Positions 25,908 to 37,887 of a DNA stretch of 64,000 bases are shown in pieces (within the stretch, counting starts at the first letter, position 1; each line of letters begins with the position of its first letter). Origin of the DNA: Podarcis erhardii (taxonomy: Eukaryota); the NCBI GenBank assembly GCA_964252035.1, contig OZ176207.1, one strand, 5' to 3'. Under the pieces are notes generated by a model, which made no database searches, had not been told where the DNA came from, and saw only the letters and a list, made by a program, of their open reading frames with translations. The position numbers and the translations under genes are program-made.

Positions 25908-26994
25908 CCCCACACAGTCCCTTTTACCATGTCATGATTTGTGTCATCATACCCAGCTCCTTCAACACCCCCCGTTTATTAACTTTGCTCATAACTAGAC
26001 AGGACCTATAGCCAAAACACACTTTTTTGAGGTATTTACACAACAGAGTGATGACAAGCTCAAAGGCAACCCATCAGATTTTTACTTCTCATCGTTTGGA
26101 TAGGATCCAACCTCCTTTACATGGCTCCATAAAATGTACACCAAGCACGAAGGAATCCGGCTGAGAACAGATGCGCCGTGTGGATCAAGCTCAGCTGACA
26201 TCATTCCAAGCCCAAGACTTTAATAAAATGGCCATTATGGAAGACAGAGTTAATTAAAACATCTCCAAAGAATCCAATGCATTTAAAAGGCTTTTGTCAA
26301 AATTTCAAAGGTGTTGGATCGTCTTCCACATTTCAGCTCCTTCCCTCTGCTCTTGGCAGTGCTGTGACTTTCAACCACAGAAAGGTCATAGTTAATTGTA
26401 ACTTCAGGGAACATTGTACCTTAATTGCATTACTTAGCATATCACTTCCCAATATCGAGATGCAGTCAGAAGAAGTTCAGCATCAGGTAAAATCGATAGA
26501 AATTTAAGTAAACTTCGGCCACTTAGGTATTCGTATTTGAATGTACCACTCGAAATAAACATGAAGAGTTACCTCCCAGCGTTGCTCTCAAGATGATATT
26601 AATGCTGAAAGCAAGGGTAGCCAAGGGGTTGCCCTCCAGATGTTCCACAGCATAGCTGATGGGAGCTGTAGTCCAGCAACATCTGGAAAGCAGATTAAAG
26701 CACATGAAGTCTTCTCACATTAGCCATAGCCACGTGTGTTTTGGGAGTAAAGTAACCATGTTACCAGGAGCCCCTCCTCCTCGTCCTTCCATGGATTGTT
26801 GAGTGACTGTGTGAAGCACGCAGCCTTCTGGATCCACGGAGGCTTCCCATTTGGTTTAATGTCTGTTTTTCCCCCTCATTCTAAAACTCATAGGGAGCTT
26901 CCATGAATATCGGAGGCTTCCTGCTTCACACAGTCAGCGTCCAACTCATAGAAGACAGGTTGAATAACAAGGGAGGGGTGGAGCCAGAGTACTC

Positions 26995-27484
26995 TGTCCT
27001 GGCTCCCACTCACAGATTTGGTACTCAGCTGTTAAAATTAAATGCTTTATTCCAAGATTAACTACTGTTCCCAAATATAAGTTTGGTTATACAAGTCCAT
27101 GGGCTAGGTATAATCTGAGACCCAACATTTGACACGGCCCTTGTGCCCACGCCACTCGACAGGAGAGCTCATTCATTCACACAGTTGGCACCCCAAGACT
27201 CAGGGCTGGGTAGGCAAGGAATCACTCCTCTGAGTAGGCTGAGCGTACAAAGTCTGTTTGTGCCGGCAGGGTCGCCTTTTGGTCCTTGGTGACAGAGACA
27301 GATGTCTGGGCTGGCTCTCTGTCATATTGGCTCCTGTGCCTTCCCTGAAGGAAGTAGCTCTTCGCTGGCAGGAGGCAGCACCAATTGTAGTGCCAGAGTT
27401 GCAACAACCAGCTAAGATGCTACACCCAGCATATCCAATGGCACTCTTGACAACCCACTCAGCCTTTCTACGACACTCCTGACA
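26995..27484 (-). mobile_element. Probable older solo LTR
   Basis: Plus strand tgtcc...tgaca. Flanks tactc / tgctc (4 of 5 match). AATAAA on the minus strand near 27045-27050. Confidence 0.4.
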
Positions 27485-27537
27485 TGCTCATCCTCCTTGA
27501 AAACAGAATGTCCGAATGGAGTTGTTGAATCTACATA

Positions 27538-27610
27538 GATGAGTGCTGCAACCCCAGAGTCGGCCATGACTGGACCTAATGGTCAGGGGTCCCTTTACCT
27601 TTACCTTTAC
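27538..27610 (+). mobile_element. Sauria SINE 3' fragment
   Basis: gcaaccccagagtcggccatgactggacctaatggtcaggggtccctttacctttaccttta matches the tail at 24180-24240. Confidence 0.88.
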
Positions 27611-28512
27611 TCCTTATATTTAAAATTAAAAAACAGGGTGGATCTCTACTGACAGGAAAACAGAAAGAAGACCAATATTTTGAGGCCATGATGTAGTGGA
27701 CTCTTTTAAAAAGAGATTGAGCACATGACATAATGGGTTCCATGCTGAGAACATTTTTTTTTTTAGAATAAAATGAGTTGGCCTAAAATAATGCCGCTGC
27801 AGAAGCAATCATATGCAAGGGCTTTCTGTACAATATAACTTTGCATGGTTCCCAGTTTTCTGCAATTCCAAAAAGGAAACAAAATAGAAACCCCACTGTG
27901 AAGTTTGAGTAAATATTAGCCATTTGATTGACCCACAGATGCAATTCTGATGTAAGTTCTAAGATGTAACTGTCCCTGTCTACCCAAGACTATATAAATC
28001 ATGGAGAAGTGGTGAGGAGTATTAACTGTGGAGCAGTCTGGAGACTATATATTACCGGTACTTCAGTTGCATCATCTAAAACACCAGCACATGCACACCA
28101 CTTGTAGTCAAATATATGTACTACAAATTTCATTTTAAGCCAGGATCTGCCCACAAACAGCATTGTGGTATGGGTGGGTAGTGTTGGGCTTGGCCCAAGG
28201 AAATCTAGCTCATCAACTAGGTTGTTATTGGCAAAATAATATATCCTAGTGTAACTCTTTTTGCAGGAGACTACCCATGTAGGCCACTCTGAAGTTCTTA
28301 ATGGAGAACTAGAAAGTATGATAGACAGAAATAAAGATGAGAACTCTTTGTCAGTCCTCAGGACACTGCTGTTTTGTTAGAAGATGTGCAAATTTCACAC
28401 TGGGAAACCCTTATGGCAGCTCAATGTTCACATAAATTAATCTGGAAAACAAATCATTTAATGTCTGCCCCATTATTCTTGCTATTTTTAAAGCAGCATG
28501 CTTTGCCTAGAT

Positions 28513-28635
28513 CAGGCATAGGCAAACTCGGCCCTCCAGATGTTTTGGGGCTACAACTCCCATCATCCCTAGCTAACAGGGGTGATGGGAATTGTAGTCT
28601 CAAAACATCTGGAGGGCCGAGTTTGCCTATGCCTG
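28513..28635. mobile_element. hAT MITE, 8-bp TSD (same family as 18376-18511)
   Basis: Same TIRs. TSD gcctagat at 28505-28512 and 28636-28643. Confidence 0.93.
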
Positions 28636-29789
28636 GCCTAGATGCTCTGCCTCTCATGTAAGGGAGAGGGGGCTCAGTGGATTTCTGCATAATATGAGGA
28701 GATCGGTATTACACATGGCTTGAGCAGAAAAACGTGGATTTTTTTTAAAGAAAGAATGACACCATACCTCAACCCCTGAGAATGGACTGAAGACAAGTGC
28801 TAAGCATGGATTCTGATCTGCAAGTTGATGGGAAACCCAGCCAGATGGGTGGGGTATAAATAATAAAAATATTTATTATTTATTTAAGAAGAAAAGAAGA
28901 GTCTTGCTGGATCAAGCCAAAGGCCCATCTAGTCTACCGTTCTGTTCTCACAGCCTCCATGAGCAGCCTCTGTGTTCTGCTTTTACATATTCTACTAATA
29001 CATAATTTCTAAATGCTATGCAATCAAGGGCACCAAAAAGATGTTTAAACTATGTATTAATCCTCTTCCCCTTTCCCTTTGGGGAGACATCAGTCTGTTA
29101 TCTATGTTGTTTGTTCTGCACCAGTTCATTTCTCAATTGTTACATTTCTGTTCCTCCTCTGAAAGTTTGCTGTGCGTTGTTAACACAATTTCTCTTTCTT
29201 TCTTTTTTTTAAAAAATACCCAATAGGGAGCTTTCCAGATGGGTTCCAGTGTCCTCTCCTCCTATTTCAAAGTCACACAACTGGACACCCTTTGCATTAT
29301 TCTGATAGATCTTGATTTGTCAGTTTGATCAAGCTGTTGCTTGCAGGTGCATGCTATTAGTGCATCTTAATTGTCATTTCATGATCAAACTTCAACCGTG
29401 CTCTTTTCTTTGATATTTCAGAAGACACATACTATGAAGAGACGGTACACTACCTTACATAACCACTGCAATATTCAAGAAATATATTCCACCTAAACAG
29501 TAATTGCTGTATGCCATTAGATTCACTACAGAATACAGTGGGTACAGATATCAAAAGCAGGTGGAAGGAAAGACTTGAAAGCTATTCCCACAGTGAGAAA
29601 GTAGACCTTATTCACCACCACCATGTTAAACAGTGGAGAATCTGGTAATATCCAAAACTGTATCACAAACATTCTGAAAATTAGAAAATAGCAGTGGTCC
29701 AAGAGGCAAGATTATGTTGGGGGGAAAGTTTCAGGTGAATATAAAGCTGTTGCATTGATAAATAAAATGTGGCTGCAACTTTTCATCAT

Positions 29790-30089
29790 CAGAGGCCCTT
29801 TCACTGAGGTCCAGAGCCGAGGGCCTTCTGGTGGTTCCCTCACTGCGAGAAGTGAGGTTACAGGGAACCAGGCAGAGGGCCTTTTCGGTAGTGGAACCCG
29901 CCCTGTGGAACGCCCTCCCATCTGATGTCAAGGAAATAAACAACTATCCGACTTCTAGAAGACATCTGAAGGCAGCCCTGTTTGGGGAAGTTTTAATGTT
30001 TGAAGTTTTATTCTGTTTTTAAAGTTCTGTTGAAAGCTGCCCAGAGTGGATGGGGAAATGCAGCCAGATGGTCAGGGTAGAAATAATAA

Positions 30090-30140
<51 letters not shown>
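29790..30140 (+). mobile_element. L2-clade LINE 3' end with (AAT)n tail
   Basis: ORF 29831-30022 contains RAFSVVEPALWNALPSDVK...LKAALF, the typical L2/CR1 ORF2 C-terminal motif. (AAT)n at 30093-30140. Confidence 0.85.
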
Positions 30141-30394
30141 TCATGTGCTTCATCCACAATAGTTCCTGAGGGCAGAAACATAAGAACAGGTCTTTTCTGT
30201 GGTGGCTCCCCACTTGTTGCTCTCCTCAGGGAATCTCACCTGACGCATTCACTACATATCTTTAAGTAACAGGCAAAAACATTCCTCTTCTTCTGGGCCT
30301 TTGGCTTATTAAACAATCTATGGCCTTTTAAACTGTGGAGAAGTATTCTTTGTATTTTTAAATTGTAAATTTCCCTGTGATCTTCAGATGATTG

Positions 30395-30404
30395 TAATAA
30401 TAAT

Positions 30405-30466
<62 letters not shown>

Positions 30467-30485
30467 AATAATAATAATAATAATA
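30395..30485. repeat. Compound (AAT)n(AAC)n(AAT)n microsatellite
   Basis: Read directly. It is the source of the poly-Leu ORF at 30236-30466. Confidence 0.97.
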
Positions 30486-30707
30486 CAGTTGTACCTCGAG
30501 TTACAAACACTTTGGGTTACAAACGCTTCGGATTACAGACTCCGCTAACCCAGAAGTAGTACCTCGGGTTAAGAACTTTACCTCAGGATGAGAACAGAAA
30601 TCACGCAGCGGCAGCCATTAGCTAAAGTGGTACCTCAGGTTAAGAACGGTTTCAGGTTAAAAACAGACCTCCAGAACGAATTAAGTTTGTAACCAGAGGT
30701 ACCACTG
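30486..30707 (+). mobile_element. Tigger/pogo-like MITE, TA TSD
   Basis: TIR cagttgtacctc / gaggtaccactg flanked by TA. Orientation is arbitrary, relative to the copy at 34146. Confidence 0.9.
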
Positions 30708-32058
30708 TAATAACTTAAAATAATCAATGTTACATTGTGGAGTCTAATAGGTTTACAGAGCAGGAAATAAGTAGCCCACTCTGAATTTCAGCCTACTCCT
30801 TCCTTATCACAAGTGTTTTAACCAGTGAACTTGCTTGCTGTCATGACATTTAGGGATATCTTTTTTAAAGATTAGTAAACTGCTCATTCAAACCCTTTAG
30901 AAAATAATAACACTAGTGCTGAATGATAATCTTTAAAAAGTGTGAATAAGATGCAATGATACCATAATACATTATGACTCAGACACTGTTGTGAGTCATG
31001 GCTACAGTTGCAAAAGGACAATTACTGCATGGTTTCCCCATAAAAATAAAAAGAAAGCCTTGCACAGCATAGAAACAAATAAAAATCAGCTGTATTTAGT
31101 CCAATTATCTTGAGTGTGCTCTTCCTGTGTAGGTGACATTTGTTCTTAAATTAAGTGCAGCTTTGATTTCATGCGTTTCTTCGTGTGTCATTCTCTCTGC
31201 TGGTTAAATAAGGACCTTGGTTAGAGTTAATGTCAGGACACCAAACTAAAACTATCAAGGACACAGTGTCTCTCGCATTCATTCTAATTGACAAAACAGA
31301 GGCTAACATGTGAATCCCATTGGAGCCCAATTCAAGATATTCCAGTGAGTCTCTTCTTTCTCCCAAACACATTTTTAAAGAAATCTGGAATGGCTTGGGT
31401 ATTAGCATGTACATCTCAAGTCTCAGAAATCCCTAGGATTGGTTGACCACCTATGTCACATTGGCAGGTAGAGAAGGAGGTTAGGGTTAACACTGATGAA
31501 TACTCAGACCATGTTTTATTAAACCCCTGCTGTTTAAAAGCCACTGTGAAGCTCAGCAGAAGGACATTGAAAAAGGAAAGGAAAGCATAACTACATTTGT
31601 ATCCCGGGCTAACTTTTGTAACAGGATTTCTAGGAAGATTATCCTACTGCATTCTCACAACGGATCCAAGAGGTTGATAGCGATGAGTTAGTGTGAAAGG
31701 GGGACTGGTCCAAGGTCACCAAATGAGCCTCATGGCAGAGTAGGAATTTGGTCCACTTCCAAAATTTTATCTACTACAACACTGTGATTTATTTCCCACC
31801 TAAATGTGGATGAAACCACTTACTTCTGTAGACCTCCTACCATTGCAGAGTCAGATTTACATTTCTTATAACCAGTAATGCAATCCTATACAGCTCCCCC
31901 TGCCCCAGCTTTTAGCAGCACTTAATCCCAGGTCTGGCAAGACTGGCCCGTAAGGGCAGGGGTACCTTTACCTAATCCCAGGGAACCATGTATAGGATTA
32001 CAGCCAAAGTTAACCAAACGAGGCTCAGACTGGGAAACTTTTGAATACTGGATGTACC

Positions 32059-32059
<1 letters not shown>

Positions 32060-32089
<30 letters not shown>

Positions 32090-32090
32090 G
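32060..32090. repeat. (GTT)n microsatellite
   Basis: Read directly. Confidence 0.97.
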
Positions 32091-34145
32091 GAATCCGTCT
32101 GTTTCAGGAGACATTGGGGGGGGTGCGCCTTTGGAAGTGAAGTCAAAGCACTGGAGAGCTTTAGCAGGGCAATTCTGTAGCGACCAATACAGGAGAGACA
32201 TGTTTTGTTGCAGCTGAGGCAGATGAAAGCCTCCAGTTGTGCTCCTGCAGATGCACCATGGCATTTCTTCTCACTGCACTCCTCCCAGTGATCATTCTTC
32301 CTATGTTCCCTGTTGTGGCTGAACAACCTGTTTCCAGGCAAAAAAGGTAGGGTAGCATAATGGTTAATTCCAGCAGGGGAAGGTGAGATTTCACTGACTT
32401 TATGAAAGAATATAGGTCTTCCTTTGTGATACTTGACCAAATTCCTACTCAAGTTCTTTCATCCTTTCTGTCTCCCATAAAATATGCCTGAGCATGCAAA
32501 ATTTCTTTTTAAAGGAATGTGATGGTATAGCAGGGTTATCATTAAAATACTGTACTTTGTTCCCAGGTGGAGTCCATCTCTTGACTTCACAAAAGTTAGA
32601 TAGGGAAAGTCAAGTTGTTCCCTTTTGGAGGTTCAGAAGGAAGGATGGACATTACTCATTGCAGGTCTTCAAATAAGAAGTAGAGTAATAAAGTGAACAG
32701 AACATGCTGGAGGCAGATATAAAGGGAAACTATTCCTTTCATGCCCTGCTTATAAGTTTCCAGAGACATCTGATTGGGTACCTTTGGAAATAAAATGGTG
32801 GACCAGTTGGATCTCTCTCAAATTTAGCAGGGCAATTCTTGTGGGCATAAACATTTTAATGAAGTCTCAGTGTCAGCTCCAGCCCACTTTCAGGGGCCCC
32901 TGAGCAAGGCCCAATCAGGCATTCCCCTCTTTCAGTGTCAGCTGCCTGTCACTGGGAGCCTTCCTCACACCCACCACTTTGAGCTTTTGCCAGATAAAAA
33001 GGACTGTGAGCAGTTAGGTGGTAGCAGCTGCTGCTTTTCCAACTGCTGCTGTCATTCACCTTCTCACCTCTTCTGGAACAGAGGAAAGGGGAGAATGAGC
33101 AAGCAGGTGGCAGTGGTGAGGATGGTAAGGAGTGGGAATACAGGTGCAGGCCCCTCTGCTGGGACATAGGCAGGTGCTGACCCCCAACACCAGTCCTTTG
33201 TAATATAACAGGGGAAAGCAAAGGCATTTGAAAACTTCTGGACAGAAAAATACTGCATCTGCAATACCACCTGCTACTTATGCAGTCAAATAATATACGG
33301 AGTAGCTAAAGAAAAATGACTGTGGAGATCAAGAAAGCAGTAGTTGAGAAGAAACAAAGACTAGCTCAGATTATAGTGAGCTGATGGAGATCACATGATA
33401 GGGTGAGGGGGAAAGTCCATGCACCTCCACATGATAAATTGAACCTGAGCAGAGGGTTCACTCTGAGCAAGATCAAGGTTCAATAGGAATATTTTCCCCA
33501 GTCCTACTAGCACTATAGATCTTCAAAGAACACAGCATCAATATTGATAAGTTCCCACCACAGCGCTTCAAAACTTTTCTCCTTTCTATTTTATTTCAGA
33601 GAACAAAAAGAGAGGCAAACCTAAGTATAATATCAACATGGCAAGAACTGCTCCACCTACTAAGAAAAAGGTGCCATTGCCATGGGAAGGGATGTTATTG
33701 CTCAGTTGCACTAAGTAAGGTTTACAAGGTGGATTTTGAAAGGCACAAGTGAGAATATATTACATTTCTATCCTGCCTTTCTTCCAAAGACCACAAAGCA
33801 GTGTGCATGGTTTTCCTCAATTTTATTCCTGCAACAATCCTATGAGCTGGGTTGGAAGTAAAGATAACTAGCCCAAGGTCTCCAGGTAAGCTTTGCCGGG
33901 AAACTAATGTAGGGATTTGAACCTATGCCTTCCCAATCCTAGTCCAACACTCTTCACCACTTCTTCTTGCTGGCTCTTGCATTAGACATACCTTAGGGTG
34001 CTTTCATAGAATCTTAAAGAATATGATCCTGTTGACTCTGCCCACTAGCCAATAATGAAAACACTGGAATCACCACTTAAAGTGTTCTTCCCTGGTACAT
34101 CGAACCTCAAAGCCTTATACTAGTACTTGCATCTCAAGCGTAATA

Positions 34146-34360
34146 CAGTGGTACCTCTGGTTAAGAATTTAATTTGTTCCTGCAGTCTGTTCTTAACCTG
34201 AAACCATTCTTAACCTGAGGTACCACTTTAGCTAATGGGGCCTCCCGCTGCCGCCACGCAATTTCTGTTCTCATCCTGAGGTAAAGTTCTTAACCCAAGG
34301 TACTACTTCCGGGTTAGCAGAGTCTGTAACCTGAAGCGTTTGTAACCCGAGGAACCACTG
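34146..34360 (-). mobile_element. Tigger/pogo-like MITE, inverted copy of 30486-30707
   Basis: TIR cagtggtacctc / gaggaaccactg with TA flanks. Body is the reverse complement of the 30486 copy. Confidence 0.9.
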
Positions 34361-34576
34361 TACCTGAACTATTTCCAGGGTGACCTAAAATCTGGAAATT
34401 CAGATGCATCAAACTATACTATTTTGAGTGGAGTTCAATCACATAATGGTTGTGCAAGTGCAACAGATTTGGTTTTCTTGTGCAGCTAGTTTAAAAAAAC
34501 GAAAAAACTGGACTATTTGTCATAAGGAAAGTGTCAGAAAATGTACTAGAAATGGTGGGGTAACTACCATTTAATG

Positions 34577-34813
34577 CAGGGGTCAGCAAACTTTTTCAGC
34601 AAAGGGTCCACTGTCCCTCAGACCTTGTGGGGGGCCAGACTATATTGGGGGGATGAATGAATTCCTAGGCCCCACAATAACCCAGAGATGCATTTTAAAT
34701 AAAAGGACATTCTGCTCATGTAAAAACACGATGATTTCTGGACCACCTGTGGGCCAGATTTAGAAGGTGATTGGGCCGGATCCAGCCCCCGGGCCTTAGT
34801 TTGCCTGCCCATG
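34577..34813. mobile_element. hAT MITE
   Basis: Termini caggggtcagcaaac / gtttgcctgcccatg. Flanks atttaatg / gtttaatg (7 of 8 match). Confidence 0.8.
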
Positions 34814-35719
34814 GTTTAATGTAACATCATCTGCCTCCCCATTAAAAACAGAACAAATGATCAGTAAGTAGACAGGATCCCCTAACCCCCTTGCCCACAA
34901 TCCATTGAAGCAGCAGTCAAGCGTTCAACTTAAGATGGAAACCAGATAATGCAACCCTAAACCCAAGAGTATATGTATTTTAATGAAGACATCACTCATT
35001 ATCTGTTAAGCCTTCCCTTATATATAGATCCCGGAGATTGCTTTCTGAAACCTTTGTTTGCACAAGCAAGCAAGTACAACTTGGCAGAAATGGTTGTTTC
35101 TTTTGAAAGACGATAAGAGCTTTGTAAAACACAGAGTGACCCTCTAGGCACTGGCTGAAAAAAAAACCACACAGGAAAAATGAGTTAAATAAATTCACTG
35201 TAAATTGTTTTGGTGATTTGGAGTTTTAATCTGAAATCAAGCTGGATTTGAGCTTGTTTGTGTATCTGGGGTATGGTTGGTGTTCAGCAGGTATTATCCG
35301 TCACTATTTATATTGATGATAAAGTTTTAAATAGGTTTATGATTAACGTGTAGTTTTATTTTGTTAGTTACCCTGTGCTCCTTTTTTGGGAGGGAGAGAA
35401 GGAAAGATATAAACAATGACAAATAAGTAAATATAAATAATCTTTTGCTTGAAGTCAACCTTGCCCACACACTTTTTCTTCACTCCATTGCTGTGAGCTG
35501 ATGTTCATGCTTGTGTACATTGTAAGACCATCTTTTCAATCCTGGCTTGAAAAGACAACGCCTAAATCAGCAGTGCTTCGTTGATACCAGTTGAGAGCTT
35601 TAGGATACTAACCAGCAGAGTCCAGATCTGCTGAATCTATTTTATAATTCCATCAGATGATAGAAAGTGCTTTCCTTCTCTTTACACTGGAGCTTAATCT
35701 ATATATTTTGGCAATTTTC

Positions 35720-36565
35720 TTTTTTTTTTTTATAAATATTTATTAAGGTTTTTAAATATAAATGCACACATAATAAACAATCTTATTTCTGTCATAACAA
35801 TTTCATCACTTCTTTGGACTCCCTCACGTCTCCCGCTCCCATTTACATCGTTAAAAAATTTTTTCCAAACAAATTATCAACTTGTTTTCAATCTCATGTC
35901 CATTCATTCAAATATAATCTAGCACTTCTTCCAAAAAATTTTATATTTTCTTTAGTCTCACTTATCATCAAATTTAAATCTAATTTAGTGGTGAGCAGTT
36001 TTTTATAATCCAGCATCCTTCTTAAGATTCAACCAAATTACAATGTTTTTGTAAATACATTTTGAATTTCTCCCAGTCTTCCTCCATCTTCTCTTCTCCC
36101 AGATCACGGATTCTGCCGGTCATCTCGGCCAGTTGCATATAGTCCATCAGCTGCATCTGCCACTCTTCCAGTGTGGGTAGATCTTGAGTTTTCCAGTTTT
36201 TTGCGATAAGAATCCTTGCTGCCGTTGTTGCATACATGAAAAATGTTCGATCCTTCTTTAACACCTTCTGGCCGACAATACCCAGGAGGAAGGCCTCTGG
36301 TTTCTTTGTGAAGGTATACTTAAATACCTTTTTCAGTTCATTATATATCATTTCCCAGAAGACCTTCACCTTAGGGCATGTCCACCAGAGGTGAAAGAAT
36401 GTTCCTTCATTTTCTTTACATTTCCAACATTTATTATCAGACGAATGGTATATTTTAGCAAGTTTAACTGGGGTCATGTACCATCTATATATCATTTTCA
36501 TAACATTTTCCTTCAGAGCATTACATGCGGTGAAGTTCAGCCCAGTGGTCCACAACCTTTCCCAG
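35720..36565 (-). mobile_element. 5'-truncated young L1-clade LINE (ORF2 C-terminus intact, 36022-36565) with 71-bp TSD
   Basis: Poly(T) at 35720-35731. ORF contains CWKCKENEGTFFHLWWTCP. Identical 71-bp direct repeats at 35649-35719 and 36566-36636. Confidence 0.94.
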
Positions 36566-36796
36566 TCCATCAGATGATAGAAAGTGCTTTCCTTCTCTTT
36601 ACACTGGAGCTTAATCTATATATTTTGGCAATTTTCATTGGTGTGATATACCAACAAAAAAAAAAAAAAGACAAAAAGGAGGAACGCATTGACCCTCCAC
36701 ACCTCTTGCTCTGGCTGGTGCAAGAAGACAAGGTCTTCATAAGTTGTGGATCAGGCTCCTTATGCTATGGCTGGGTGTGATGTGATTGGCTACATA

Positions 36797-37887
36797 CCAT
36801 ATTTTTCACTCTATAGGATGCACTTTTTCACCTCCAAAAATTAAGGGGAAATGTGTGTGCATACTATAGAGCGAATGCAGGCTGTGCGGCTCTGCCCAAA
36901 GCCAGAACAGGGAGACAGAGCGCTGCGGAGTGCTCCGTCTCGCTCTTCTAGCTTGGGGTTAGCTGCACAAAGCTAGAAAGGCTGTCCCCAAGCCAGAACA
37001 GCGAGACGGAGCACCCCGTCTCGCTGTTATAGCTTGGGGATGGCTGCGCAAAGCCTCCACAGGGCAGTGGGGTGCCTTCAGCCCGCTGCCCTCCGGAGGC
37101 TACAAAGGCTGTCCCGGAAGCCTCAAGTCTTTGGAGTGCAGCGGGAACTCGTGCTGCGCTCCAAAGGCTTTGGGTCAGCGAAAGGTGTTGGGATACTGCC
37201 AGGGAGAGATCAGGCATCAAGGCCCCACGTCGATTCCGGACGATCCATCAACCTCCCGTAGACACGCAGTATCATTCAATTAGCGACACGAGCTCCAGAA
37301 ATAGCTTGCCACATTCCAGAGCTGGTGCACACTCTATCAGCAGAATTCGCACAGCGAAAGATGCACGCAGGAGAGCATTATTTACAACTTTATTCAGCGT
37401 TGGTCAGAACAAAGAAAACATGACTGCCTGCTCCAGTGTCTCAGACACAGAGAGAGAAACGAAAGCAAAGACACAAACATAAACTTCCTGTGAACAGGAA
37501 ATACGCAGACTCTGTGACTCACAAAGCCTGCTCCCTTTTAAGGTGGAACGGAAATATCCTAACAAAAGGAAGCCAATGTCCCGCTGCGCTCCAGGGGCTT
37601 CAGGGATCTTCCCCCCAGCGCCAGCCCCACAAGCTCCGGGGGCAGCAGGAAGGCAGCGCACCGCCTTTGCGCTGCTCCCCGACCTGGTTTTGAGGCTTTT
37701 CCCTGAGGAGGGAGAAGGGACTGACTGGCTGTGTCAGTCCCTTCTCCCTCCTGGTCGAAAAGCACGCAGGAACCGTGCACCCTGCTCCCAGAGCTGGAGG
37801 GGGGATCATTTTTCCCCCCTTGATTTCCCCCTCTGAAAACTAGATGCGCCCAATGGTCAGGTGCACCCTATGGAGCGAAAAATACGG
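36797..37887. mobile_element. Tc1/pogo-like non-autonomous element (longer relative of 20010-20261) carrying a nested solo LTR
   Basis: TIRs ccatatttttcactctataggatgcac / gtgcaccctatggagcgaaaaatacgg with TA flanks and a GC-rich, internally repetitive body. Confidence 0.85.
37186..37564 (-). mobile_element. Solo LTR (379 bp) with perfect 5-bp TSD
   Basis: Plus-strand ends tgttggga...tcctaaca. TSD aaagg at 37181-37185 and 37565-37569. AATAAA on the minus strand at 37389-37394. CpG-rich. Confidence 0.85.

Noticed and set aside
30236-30466. ORFs with poly-Leu, poly-Gln/Asn, poly-Gly/Pro or (ER)n tracts (also 6612-6924, 8805-9234, 31922-32452)
   Set aside because: These are translations of microsatellites.
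36948-37836. Cluster of overlapping 70-136-aa ORFs
   Set aside because: Expected from the GC-rich MITE and LTR sequence; no protein motifs.
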